In this document: positions 1 to 12,380 of the stretch, piece after piece
How the letters are laid out: each line of letters begins with the position of its first letter
How positions within the stretch are numbered: position 1 is the first letter of the stretch
From: Chiloscyllium plagiosum
Lineage: Eukaryota
Assembly: GCF_004010195.1 (NCBI RefSeq)
Contig: NC_057712.1
Coordinates: forward strand, 89,697,143-89,761,142
Direction: 5' to 3'
DNA: 64,000 bases
Notes under the pieces: model-generated
The model's database searches: none
What the model was told of the DNA's origin: nothing
The model's input: the letters and a program-made list of their open reading frames with translations, nothing else
Program-made: the position numbers and the translations under genes

Positions 1-127
1 GTATATGAATAGGAAGAGTTTAGAGGGATATGGGGTGGGTGCTGGCAGGTGGGTCTAGGATGTCTGGTCACATGGACGGGTTGGACCGAAGGGCCTGATT
101 CCGTCTTGTACATCGCTATGACTCTAT
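1..127 (+). mobile_element. HER1/CR1 LINE 3' end
   Basis: End of ORF2 (YMNRKSLEGYG), 3' UTR ggaccgaagggcctg and ctatgactctat tail; same as other copies in the window. Confidence 0.85.
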
Positions 128-321
128 CATACTTACACATAGATGTTAAAGAGCAATGGTAAGAGGAGACAACCATATCTCACTCTATTCCTGATTACAT
201 TGGCTTCAACTTCACCAAATATTCTCACTGTAACAAACCACCCTGTGTACAGCCTGCTTTGTGAACCAGTTCAGCCCTCAAAGGGTTCTTTGAGATCATG
301 AGATGAACTTGCCAACAGCTT

Positions 322-600
322 ATAGTGTCAGAGTCACAGACATATACAGCATGGAATCAGACCCTTCAGTCCAACTCATCCAAGCCAACCCAATATCCTA
401 AATTAATCTAGTCCCAGTTCCCAGTGCTTGGCCCATATCCCTCTAAACCCTTTCTATTCATACACCCATCCAGATTCCTTTTTAATGCTGTAATTGTATC
501 AGCCTCCACCAATTCCTCTGGAAGCTCATTCCATACCTCTGTGTGAAAAAGTTGCCCCTTAGGTCCTTTTTATATCTTTCCCTTCTCACCCTGAACCTGG
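322..600 (-). mobile_element. HER1/CR1 LINE 3' fragment
   Basis: Reverse complement of the ORF2 end (RVRRERYKKDLRGNFFTQR) plus 3' UTR and tail. Confidence 0.85.
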
Positions 601-1624
601 CCTGTTCCTGGGAGGGGTTAACCTATTCTGTGTTTGATACCAAAGTTGTGGGATACAGTTACAGTTGTAGTAATGTGAACTTACTCTTAGGCTGCGCCTG
701 ATGTCGCAGAAGAGACAAACATATATCTCAGATATAATGTGACTAATGACTAAGTAATATATAATAAACTTGCTAACTGTTCATTAGGATGGAGCCTAAT
801 TTCAGCCAAAAACTTCATGTGGACAATCTTCCCCACATGGTATCACAAATTTAGACTAATAGCAGTGAGAAGGATTCGTGAATGAAACCATTAAACCCTT
901 CACAGTCCTACCCTAATAATATGATTGAATACTGGTCATTAAATTATTTTGCCCATTGAAACTATTAAATCATAGTTTCAATGGTGGTCATCTGAATATT
1001 TAAATTAGCTGTCATTTATAATATGCTGGCAGTGGTGTGCACAACTCTCTATCATAATATAGGAGCAGTGGGCATAGCCTGAAAGGGGGAAAAAAAAATC
1101 TTAATTTCTCCAATAGCTATCACCATCTGAGGAAAAGAATGAATAAAAAGTTCCAGCCAGAAAACTATGAATGTACTTTTAACTACTCAACAGATCAAAG
1201 TCACACAGGGCCTGTCAGCTTCTGTGAATGCAGTCAGTTGTTAACAAACAGCAACACTGCCAGCTGTGGAAAATTTGCCTGAGAAAGTTTAAAAGAGCTA
1301 AAAGTAATAAAAAAAAGTGAAAAAGCTTGAGAAGACCAGAGCTATGAAGAGAAAAATCTGATTCCTAAACCCAGCAAGTAGCAACTGCTATTGGTCACCT
1401 AATGCAAGTTATGTCACCTAGAGGAACAATGGACATCTTTACATTTAACAAGAAGTTTTAGACTAAGCTCAAAAGATGCCTCAGAAAACTTATTGAAAAA
1501 GATTTAAATTTAATTTAATTGACTAGAGTGAATTATTTAAAATTTGGAACAGTAAAGTAACTTCATCTCCAAAACAAAAAGAGACAATTCCTGCAACATG
1601 TTATACCTCCCCCTTCTTATAGGA

Positions 1625-2045
1625 GTGATTGAGAACTCTGTATTCGATGGAGTTTAGAAGGATGAAAGGGGATCTCATTGAAACTTCCAGAATACTGAGA
1701 GGAGTAGATAGAGTGGATATGGAGAAGGTGTCTCCTCTAGTAGGAGAGACTAGGACCAAAGGTCACAGAGACAGGGTGAAGGTTTGGCCCTTTAGAGCTG
1801 TGATGAGGAGGAATTTCTTCAGCCAGAGCATGGTGATTCTGTGGAACTCATTACAACAGAATACCGTGAAGGTCAAGTCATTGAGTGCATTTAAAAAATG
1901 GATAGATAGGTTCCTTATCAGTCTGAGGATCAAAGATTATGGGAGAAGGCAGGAGAATGGAGTTGAGGAACATATCAGCCATGATCGAATGGTGGAACAG
2001 ACTCAATGGACTGAATAGCCTAATTCTGCTCCTATATCTTACAGT
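1625..2045 (+). mobile_element. CR1 LINE 3' fragment (second subfamily)
   Basis: ORF 1629-2018 has the CR1 ORF2 C-terminus LYSMEFRRMKGDLIE...RTKGH...RRNFFSQ..V.LWNSL. Confidence 0.9.
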
Positions 2046-2508
2046 CTAACAGTTTTGAAGCAAATAATTTAAATAAAAGAAATAACAGCAGCTAAATTTA
2101 ATCACCATGGATAAAGAATGTACATGGTAACTGTAGGCTACTCTCATATCAGTGAGAAGGATTGGTGAAACAATTAAACTTCTCAGTCCTACCACTTTAA
2201 TGTGTGAGGTGAGTGGTGAGGATTTTACTCACTACGATACAGACTTCAATTGTTCTTTCAGCTCTTCAGTCAACTCTGATTATTTCCAGTACTTTCAACA
2301 TTTTTGTGAGTTCACCTAGTCAAAAGCTTTTTCCTAATCCACCAAACAGGCATACACTTTATGCTGGTACTCTAAGCTTCTTTTGTTTAACACTCTCATC
2401 TCTGCCATTCCCTTTTTAGCTCCTCAGTCCTAGCTAAAACTGAAATGATGACAGAGAATGTACTAGATTGGTTTGGCTTCTAATCTACTTGTTAAAGACC
2501 TTTTCAAA

Positions 2509-2817
2509 GGTGGCACAGTGGTTAGCACTACTGCCTCACAGCGCCAGAGACCCGGGTTCAATTCTTACCTCGGGCAACTGTCTGTGTGGAGTTTGCACAT
2601 TCTCCCCGTGTCTGCATGGGTTTCCTCTGAGTGCTCCGGTTTCCTCCCACAGTTCAAAGATGTGCAGGTTAGGTGAATTGGCCATTGCTAAATTGCCCGT
2701 AGCGTTAGGTGAAGGGGTAAATGTAGGGGAATGGGTCTGGGTGGGTTGCTCTTCAGAGGATAGGTGTGGACTTGTTGGGCCGAAGGGTCTGTTTCCACAC
2801 TGTAAGTAATCTAATCT
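2509..2817 (+). mobile_element. HE1-type tRNA-derived SINE
   Basis: A-box-like tggcacagtgg, B-box gggttcaattc, core gtgtggagtttgcacattctcccc, LINE-like tail and taatc repeats. Confidence 0.9.
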
Positions 2818-2824
2818 TTAAAAA

Positions 2825-3136
2825 GGGGCGGCATGGTGACTCAGTGGTTACCACTGTTGCCTCACAGCATCAGGGTCTCAGGTTCAATTCCAGCCTCAGG
2901 TGACTGTCTGTGTGGAGTGTGCATATTCTCCCGGTTTCCTCCGGGTGCTCCGGTTTCCTCCCACAATCCAAAGATGTGCAGTCAGGTGAATTGGCCATGC
3001 TAAATTGCCCATAGTGTTAGGTGCATTAGTCAGAGGGAAATGGGTCTGGATGGGTTACTCTTCAGAGAGTCGATGTGGACATGTTGGGCCGTAGGGCCTG
3101 TTTCCACACTGTAGGGAATCTAATCTAATCTAATCT
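2825..3136 (+). mobile_element. HE1-type SINE (tandem with previous copy)
   Basis: Same head, core and tail; (taatc)n tail. Confidence 0.9.
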
Positions 3137-3452
3137 TTAATGTTAACTTGGGCGCATGTGTGATCAAAACTATGTGACAACATATGAAGAGCATCATACC
3201 ATAACTTACCTTTGGAGGTTGGAAAGAAATTATAAAAAAAGTCTCAGAACATTAATAAGTGGAATAGAATTAAAGGACATGTTGCATGTGGTGTATCAAA
3301 AGACTGAAATGATTGACTAAGTATCATTTGTCTCAGCTTTTTGTGTTTTTCTTAACTATACTAACCTGAACAATGATGGCAAGATAAGTACATTCCAGCA
3401 CAAAATAAAATGCAAAAATACTTCAGTTATGAATTTAGAACTGGATACTCAC

Positions 3453-3464
3453 CTTTTAAGAGAT
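3453..3464 (-). other. Candidate 12-nt microexon
   Basis: Minus strand reads catttttgccttaaag|ATCTCTTAAAAG|gtgagt; frame-preserving; TGC at -10..-8; lies in a repeat-free block. Confidence 0.4.
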
Positions 3465-4379
3465 CTTTAAGGCAAAAATGTGATATACAGTGATATACAT
3501 TTTGGTTTAGGTTTTAACTGAAGACAGGCCACTTAACTGAAAGATAAAGTCATAAATCAAACCCTTCAATTAATGCATTATCACTTGAATACCTTAACAG
3601 AATTACCTTATTATGATTGCATATTGAAATGTTTTGTGCTGAAAAAATGAAGTTTTCCTTGACATCTTCTCAAATTGGAGTCTATTTTCTACCTTTCAAT
3701 TAAAAGGAATGTGGCATAAACAGAACAAAAATGTAAGCAGTGAGCGCATTATAACAGTGCATTGCAGATGATGGATGGATCTATTATTGACCTAGCAGTC
3801 ACATTGCTAGGGTATTGTATTCTTAATATCCTGACACTGCAGTTCTGACTAATATCTGTACTTGACGTTCCTTGGGTGGATGAACATTTGGTCAGGATTA
3901 TGCCAAATCATCTGAGGAACGGTGGGAATACTGGCCTGAAATTATCCCCTTGCTTCCAGATCAAGTACACCTCCTGGTGGATGACTTTTGGATGATATTA
4001 AAATTTCCCACCGAGATGAGTGCATGCTTTTTGGTTCTATCTTCACTAAACCATAATAATATGACATCAAAGCTAAATAAATAGGTTGAACTCTGATATT
4101 AACTATATTATAAAGTCTATCATGTTGGTGAAAATAACTACTTTTCATTTCCCTCGTCTATCACTGGTGATTTAGATATGTTATGATTTGCATAAAATTA
4201 TTATAGAAAATTGGCCATGTGGCAAGGGTTGAATATAGGACATCATGTGACCTTATACCTGAGTTCATAGGTCACCACACGTTATTAGTTTTAACAATTA
4301 CAGAAGAGGAAGGTAGATAGACAGACAGACAGCTAAAAAGACAAGTATAAGTCCTACGGAAGGAATATTGTCTTCTAAT

Positions 4380-4760
4380 TTATGAAGCAATTTGCCCTTC
4401 ATGGTCCATAGTTTAAGCCACTACTCTGCATTCTGGCATGAAATGGGCTGTAAAATGGTCCTCCAGTGCAGCAGACAGCCAACTGCTCTTTCAGTGTAAT
4501 TCCTGCCTTGGGCACTTTGCCGGAGGGGAGGCAAGCGTGTGCTGGAGCTGATCAACCTGGATCTTTCATTCTTCATTAATTTACCGTTTAACAAATCCCA
4601 GCCATTATCAGGGTAAACGGTTGACAGAGCTCAGCAAACGGGAGCAGTTGGTGTCAGGCGTGGAGAATTGAGCTATTTGATACTGGGGCTTGTTTTATTC
4701 AACATCACTCACAGACATATACAAATCTATGAATAAATAAAATAAAGCGCACGTGTTTGA
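4380..4760. promoter_or_regulatory. Candidate conserved non-coding element
   Basis: Repeat-free, CpG-retaining, with TAAT, TGACAG, GTAAAC and CAGTTG motifs; conservation not tested. Confidence 0.35.
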
Positions 4761-6607
4761 ATTCAGAGGCACAACATATCAGCTTTAACCATTTAAACCA
4801 TTAAAGAGAAATGACACAATAATTGTTTTGCAAGGGCTGTTTCTCTACAGCCACGTTTTTTTTTAAGAAGGTCAGAAAAAGGGACTATCAAAGTGATTCT
4901 GTTTGCAGTTTCAATTAATCAAGAATCTGTTGTTGACCAAAACCACAATGCTTGGTTGCTTTCATCTGTTAAATAAATCTAATGTTTTACTTAATCGAAT
5001 TTGAAAATTTCCACGATTCAACACAGTTACATGGTTGCAAGCAGTTGAAGGGGGGATATTACGTGTATTGAAATGGTGATTTTAGTCTGACAACTGTGGT
5101 AGGAAAGACTAAATATGCAAGAAGATTACATTCATCTTAAAAAAAAAACTGCTGATCATTTCTGTTCGAGCACTACAGTGACCATTGGATTTAAAACCCG
5201 TTAATTTTGCAAATTCATTTCATGATTGTTTTCGATTTTACGGCGAATTGATATGAAATAAGATGAAACTGGAAATTGGTTGAAGCGTTAAGCTAACTGT
5301 AAGAAAGTCTGCCTGTTTGTATTTTGTTTAAGGTTGCCCTACATATGAGTTCTGTTCAACAAAACTTTATCGTGCTATGCATGCTTTAATTTCAAGTGTT
5401 GGAAATGCGATTTCAATCCTAAAAAGAGCTTGTTCTTTCCGTTATCTGTTTAGTAAAGGTGGTTCATTGCTTCTCGTGGCTGGAGGTGCGCAATGAGATG
5501 TAGCTGATCTGTTATGTGTTTATTTAACCTGTCTGTGCGTTAAATGCAGAGAAAGGACATCAGAATTAAACTATTGCAACTAATAACATTTGCAAATTTT
5601 GCACCAATTTTAAAAACAACTGAGGTGAATTGAAATACATTAATAACTTATAGGCCAAATTCATCAAAATTGAAAATGCCGCTTTAAATGAAGCAATGTA
5701 TTTATTCATGGCAGGCATATTACTGAATTATGCGTTTTAGTGCAAGGGGGAAAAAAAGAGGTTGGTTTTTACTCTTGCGGTTTGAGATTAATGCTGGACT
5801 ATCTAACCTCACGAAGATCTGAGTAAAAGGTTAATGAAAAGGCTGAACTTCAGCATTCCCAATTGAACCGAGTAGCAGCAGACCTGGGAGAATGGTTCAC
5901 TTAAAGTCGTTCTCCAGATCTCAGGCAAGCAGGAATTTGAAGGGATAATTTGACTCAGGAATCCCGGGACAGATTCTAAACCCAGTGCAAATCCAAATCC
6001 TTTGGGGGGTCTACGCTTTAAAATAAACCTTACAGTGCGCTCTGAATATTAATTTTAAAGTTTTAAACTGCACCCATCGCCCAGGGTCAGCATTTAATGT
6101 GATAAAAGGAGGTCAATTATTATTCACTTTCCGAGTGGAGAGGCTCTAATGGCGTTTTTGCTGCAAATGTGATTTCTACCTGTCAACTTGAGCAGGCACG
6201 TGATTGTATATTTTATCCTTGAAATGCTTTTTAAAGAATATCACTTAAGGAAAAGAAGCATGCAACATCATTTTGGGAGAGATTTAAAAGAAAAGAACAT
6301 GTTTGCATTTTTCTAATTTCTAATTTCTCCCCAAATACTTATATTGCCAATGCATGTCATTGCTTCATTGTTTCCCCGGTCTGTGCACGCGACTAAAAAA
6401 GCTTCCCCTGAGCAGCAACTAGCAGCCAGGCTCCCGCATTACACACTACAGTACATTGTACTGAGAAATAGGAGGATGGCTTTGCAATGGCTCTCCCTCT
6501 AGTTCCCCATACTGTGCGTGCCATTCTCTGCTTCAGTCTATCCTGACACATACATCAAGCAAGATTATTTTACCAGCTGGATCAAGCGACTCCATTTCAC
6601 TGCTTAC

Positions 6608-6681
6608 CACTGCTATATCTTCCGCGATCAGTTGTATCAGGCAAAATTATATTTCTTTAACTTTTTAACGATCCTGTAAAC
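6608..6681 (-). other. Candidate 74-nt non-coding exon
   Basis: Minus strand reads ctctaaacttattttcag|GTTTAC...GCAGTG|gtaagc; stops in all three frames. Confidence 0.3.
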
Positions 6682-7244
6682 CTGAAAATAAGTTTAGAGA
6701 AATAAGGGGAAAGCGAATAGACAGCTCCATTTAAGAGACAACACCACCCGAGTATACAATGGGTACAGCTTTCGGAGGAGATTCTCAATTCAGAACGTAC
6801 AGAATTGGTGATTCTTTTTTTTAATCACTGTCCTCAGAAGCCAAAGACATTTTTGTATCTGTCACACTGGATCATTGTGAAAACAATCAACTTGATGAGA
6901 AACATTGTCAAGGTGGGGGAAAAAAGGCCCCTACTTTTATAGGAAAGAGCACTACACGGCTAGTCAATGAATTTACAACAATTATTAATTAGTTCCTTGT
7001 GTGTAGTTTGTATGTTCGTGGCTATGTATAATGTAGGAGTTATTTCCTTTTTTATTGTTTTTAAATGGAACATTAGAGTGCGCAGGATTTCGAAAGGTCA
7101 TTGTCCTTACAACTAATTCAATTGTCAATCTTTGAATATTGGGCCAATCAGTTACATTGATTTAAAAAAAAGTGTAATGAAGGAATGTGTTAAAGAGCAA
7201 ATATATATCTATCTATCTCAGCCTCATATGTATACATGGACCAA

Positions 7245-8660
7245 ACAATGCTCTGTGGCAAGGAGTTTCAAAGACCTACAACCCTTTAAGAGAAGAAATT
7301 CCTCCTTAACTTTGTCTTAATTTGGTATCCCTTTATTCAGAGACTGTGCCCTCTGCTCCTAGACAGTTCCATGAGGGGAAACACCAACTCAGCATTTGCT
7401 CTGTCAAACCTTTAAGAATGTTTCTATGAGATCACATCTCATTTTTCTCAATCCAATGAGTCCCAACCTGTTCAGCCCCTGCTCATAAAACAATTCTTCA
7501 ACATTGGGATCATTCCAGTCAACTTCCTCTGTGTGGCTCCAATGAAATAATATTTTTCCTTAAATAAGAGGATCAAAACAGCTCCCATTTTTCCAGATGT
7601 GGTCTCACCAGCACTTAGCAGAATTAATAGTAAGTCTTCCTGGTGGTGGAATTTGAATAAAGATTCGTGCACTTTGTGTCTTTCACAGTGTCTCACACCT
7701 GCACACACACACACCATGGGTGCTGGGGGAAAAAATAAGCACTACCGCACTTAGGTGGTAGTATGGGGGTTTAAAAAGAAAAAAAGAAAATGGAGGAATG
7801 TAAGGGCAGTGTTTGTCACTGGCCACTCGGGTGTTTGCCTATTGTGAGTGTATGTGCAAGGACTCTCCTTGAAAGGGACTATCCCTATACTAGCTGCTAA
7901 AAAAAAAGAAAAAAAAAGAAAAAAAATTAATAGTAAGTCTTCCCCACTCTTATACTTCAACCCGCATGAAATAAGGGTCAACATTCCATTAGCCTTCCCG
8001 ATGCCCCACTGTACCTGCGTTTCATGCTTAAGAACCCCAAAATCCTCCAAGTTGCAGCTTTCTGCAGGTTTTCTCCATTTAAATAATACTCTGTTCTTCT
8101 ATTCTCCCTTCCAAAATGAACAACTTTACATTTTCCCACACTGTACTCCATTTGCAAACGCTTTTTGCTACTTATTTGATCTAATCTCCCTATAAATTGT
8201 TCGTAAACCTCTCACAACTTATTTTTTTCTCCCATTTTTATGTCAGCTACAGTACATTCACATTCTTTCTCTGAGTCATTAATAAAGATTGTAAACAGTT
8301 GCAATTGTAATACTGATTCCTGTGGAACCTCACTGGTTAGAGGTTGTTAACCATTTATCCCCACTGGCTGTTTCATGCCCATCAGCCAATTCTCTCTCCA
8401 TGCCAACATGCTGTCTCCAGCACCTTGAGCTCTTATCTTATGACTTAGCCTTTTATGAGGTAGCTTGTTGAACTCCTTCTGGAAGTACAACTACAATACA
8501 TTGACAGGTTCTCCTCTATCCACTCTGTTGAGACTTCCTTGAAAAATTCCAATAATTTAGACAGACATGTTTTCCCTTTCATGAAGCCATGCTGACTCTA
8601 CTTGATTGGAATATGATTTCACATATATGCTCTATTACTTCCTTCATAATTGATTCCAGC
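7245..8660 (-). mobile_element. Degraded CR1 LINE ORF2/3' fragment
   Basis: Minus-strand GKANGML..I..GLKYKS motif and RT-region remnants; interrupted by the 7641-7924 insertion. Confidence 0.8.
7641..7924 (+). mobile_element. Poly(A)-tailed retroposed insertion with 19-bp TSD
   Basis: TSD aattaatagtaagtcttcc at 7622-7640 and 7925-7943; terminal A tail; internal A tract near 7772-7790. Confidence 0.85.
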
Positions 8661-11114
8661 ATTGACATTGAAGGCAATGCAGGGTAGATTTTCAGAGTGA
8701 TACACTAAAAGTTAACATGAGGACAGGTTCCATAGGTCAGTTTAATATTCCCCTGTGAACTGACAATTAAAGAGTGAGGCACATAAGATTAACAAAGACT
8801 TAAGTAAAAAAAAATGCAGATCCGAATACTTTTTATGTTTGAGTTGCTTGAATTGTTTCCCAAAAAAATGTTGAACTCCTCTGAGATAATTTGCATATCA
8901 TCTCAATATCATGAAAGATTTCTTCTATTTAATGATTCCTACTTGAAATTTGAGTGCATAGAAAACATTTGGCCCCATTCATGATTTATTGTTGGTTTCA
9001 TGGACAACAACCAGTTCTATTGACATAACAAACAGAGACCCCAGGAGTAAATATACTCACTAGGATATTGTCCATTCACAGTCTTTAGCCACTTCCTGAT
9101 ATGTCTTCAAAACTGCAGTACCATGTGAGTGTAAGTCAATTCATGGTGAATAAAGTTCTGATTCCTCTTCATGCATTTGTCCTATTTCTTTCAAATAAGG
9201 CTTCATTTTGCAAAGAACTTACTGTTCCCACTGCTAAATATTATGTGTTGGTTACTTTTGTGATCAGCCACTGTCTACCTCCTTGATACAGTGAGTCCTG
9301 TTGAACTTTAATCCTTCAGGTTAAAGCATCACCAGTCATCTCTCTCTAATGAGAAAGCAGTCCTATGGTCTAGTAGGACTCTGGAGATTTTACTTACGTT
9401 GACTGAGACATAAATTATATTTTCTTCATTTATCCAGCACCGTCACTCCACAATTTGTTTCCTCTATCTATCCATCAAATTTCTTCCTCATCTGTCCTAA
9501 GGGCTTTGACTTCATGCTTGGGTATGACCTTCAGGCAGCAGCCTTGCCCAACTGTTTTGCTCTAGTAGGTGAGCTCTGGGAATGGAGTGTCAGCAAGTTA
9601 TTCAGCCATAAGGAGCATCACAGTCACCCAACACATGCCTTTGTATTCCTTTAAAATTGAGGAAAAAGGGAAATGGCCAGGTCCATAACGCTGTATATCC
9701 AACAAGGCTAAAGATACAAACAAGCCTGAATTATATGAGGATGTAGTAATCAGGTGATCTGAAGCAAAGTTTTAAAAGCTTGTAGATTGTATAAGAAATA
9801 ACTGAAGAAGGCAAGGATTTCTACACATTCAAAGTGCGTGGAAAAGATCAATTTGAGTTGGAGACAATGAAATGAATCTTAAGTTTAGCACAGTGAGGAT
9901 GCAATATCCAAATTGTTAGTATCTTTTAAAAGTTGCAGATATATGCCAAGTACTGACAGAATCAATAGACTAAGCATTGTTTTATAGTTGTTTTAGATGA
10001 TTTGCAGATGTTGTGTCAAGAACCTAACAACAAAATTAATAATTATCTAAATTAAGAGGCATATCAAATAGCTGATAGCTCAATAGAAAATATGGTTTTG
10101 ACTCATTGGATAGAATGACAGATATAAAAGCTGCTCCTTAGTCTCATTGGCTTAGGTTTGAATCCACCCAGTGTGAGGGGATGAAAATTTATTCCATTTT
10201 GTTGGTGAAGAACCAAAACCAACTAATTTTTGACTGCACCAAGCCATTCCCTACTGGACATTAACCGTAGCAAAAAAAACCAAATTCAATGACATTGACA
10301 ATAACATTATCATAGATTGGTAATCTCACCCAGAAGAGCAATGAGAGAAGTTGCTCTTTGAAGTTCAAATGAAAACATTCTAGAAATTGGCAATCTGATT
10401 TAGGCCTTGTATTAGAACAGGGATCAAGGGACACACGATGAGTGGTGATTACACTGGACAAGAGTGTAAGGGAGGCTTTGAGCAACTGGCAGCAGTGCAT
10501 TTATGTACACTGTATTCCTCAGGGGAATTGCAGCCCTTCACACATAATGTGATAATCAAGTGACTCCCACATATAAGATTCCTCATTAACAAACAAATCA
10601 GTTATGCTTAAACAAAAAAATAATCTCACTTGTAATAAAAGTATAATGGCGTAGGTTTGGCATTGAGTATAATGCTAAGGCCATCAATGATCACTATTCT
10701 TTCAGAGTCTGTGCACATGCTCTGGAAAATGGAAATCCAGATGTTACAGCTTGAGTTATCCTGTCCCTCCATGGACTGTGCTATGCCTGTACATTGTCTT
10801 GAGAATTAGCATTGAAATCAATGTAACAAATCTGAATTTTTGGTACTTAACCATTAGTTATGCACTAAGAAAATGTTAGAGTTGATGCATTCATGTGTAA
10901 GTGAATTTTGAACATTGTAATGAATTTTAATTGCTACCAAATGAATTCTTTAACACTGAAAATTCAATTTTACAGCTCTGCAGTTTAATTTCTTAGGAGT
11001 CTAATTAGTATTGGGGATTTTTTGCAATTTTTTTAAAAATCCCTTTCTTAATTCTACCATTTTTGCCAAATCTTAAATTAATTTTCTATATATGATTTGT
11101 AGATAAACAAAAGG

Positions 11115-12215
11115 TCATAAGAATTACAAGCAGCAGTAGGCCATTTGTATCTCTGAGGCTTGTAAACCCATTCATTAAGATCATGGCTGATCTAATTGTG
11201 GCCTTAATTCCACTTTTTTGCCTCGACCCAGAGCCCTGTATAACCTCAAGGATATTCAAAGGCCATCCCTTCCTTTATCTCTGGGGTAATTAATTCCAAA
11301 TATCTACACCTCTTTTGAGACAAGAAATTCCTCCATATCTTCATCTTAAATGAGACCCTTATGTTTAAGCAATGCCTTCCAGTTCCATACTCCCCCCATG
11401 TAGGGAAATAATCATCTCAGCATCTATCCTTTCAAGACCCCTTGGATTGTAATTAGTTTCAATATGATCACTTTTCATTCTTCTAAATTTCAATGAGGAA
11501 ATGCCCAACATGAATAATGTGGCCTCACAAGCCAACCTGTTCATCCCAGTTATTAGCCTGGTTAAATTTCTCTGTCATGGAAATGTGTTGCTGGAAAAGC
11601 GCAGCAGGTCAGGCAGCATCTAGAGAACAGGAGAATCGAGGTTTCGGGCATTAACCCTTCTTCAGGAATTCCTGAAGAAGGGCTAATGCTAACGTCGATT
11701 CTCCTGTTCCCTAGATGCTGCCTGACCTGCTGCGCTTTTCCAGCAACACATTTCCATCTCTGATCTCCAGCATCTGCAGACCTCACTTTCTCCTCATAAA
11801 TTTCTCTGTCACCAATGCAAATATATCTCTCCTTAGTAGAAAAAACCAAAACTGTACACAGGACTCCAAGTGTGGCCTCACAAATGCCTTGTTCAATTAA
11901 AACTGGACTTTCATGCTGTTACACTCCATCTCCTGTGCAATGAGGGCCAGATTCCATTTGCCTTCATAATTACTCCCTGTAGTTGTCTGCTAAAGCCTTA
12001 TCATCATGCACGAGCACACCCAGATCCCTCTCGAAGCAGAATTTTGCAGCCTCTCCATTTAAATAACGTTCTACTTCTCTATTCTCCCTGACAAATTTGA
12101 CAACCTCAAATGTTCCTTTATCTGTCAAATATTTGCAGAATTGCTTAATCTACTCCTGTTTTTTGCAGACTCTTTGTGTTCTCCTCCCAACATATTTTCT
12201 TGCCAATCTTTATAT
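11115..12215 (-). mobile_element. Degraded CR1 LINE 3' fragment
   Basis: 3' UTR starting cataagaatt...gtaggccatt, followed by reverse ORF2 remnants. Confidence 0.75.
11578..11796 (+). mobile_element. Penelope-derived hairpin insertion, family A
   Basis: ~90-bp inverted arms centred on gaattc 11666-11671; TSD taaatttctctgtca at 11563-11577 and 11797-11811; homologous to the terminus of the RT element at 53835-53968. Confidence 0.88.
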
Positions 12216-12259
12216 TTGCTTTATAAATACTGGCTTATTTGGTCTGGGTTAGACATCTT

Positions 12260-12380
12260 ACACGGAGAATCGACGTTTCGGACATGAGCCCTTCTTCAGG
12301 AATGCTGCCTGACCTGCTGCGCTTTTCCAGCAGCACATTTTCAGCTCTGTTCTCCACCATCTGCAGTCCTCACCTTCTCC
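12260..12380 (+). mobile_element. Penelope-derived short insertion, family A
   Basis: Inverted hammerhead segment joined to a direct tail; TSD ttagacatctt at 12249-12259 and 12381-12391. Confidence 0.85.

Noticed and set aside
2509-2585. tRNA-like sequence with A and B boxes
   Set aside because: SINE head; no complete cloverleaf
2468-2809. Recurring ORFs such as AQWLALLPHSARDPGS (also at 37612, 47229, 49638, 50181)
   Set aside because: Chance translations of HE1 SINEs, not a gene family
3453-3464. Microexon as the L1-family RSLE exon
   Set aside because: It encodes SLK rather than SLE, and I saw no neighbouring L1-family exons in the window
6759-6810. Plus-strand first coding exon MGTAFGGDSQFR
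   Set aside because: Weak donor and unrecognised peptide, so not called as CDS
11578-11757. Long hairpin as a pre-miRNA gene or DNA-transposon MITE
   Set aside because: Asymmetric tail, 11-15-bp variable TSDs and homology to the Penelope terminus explain it better
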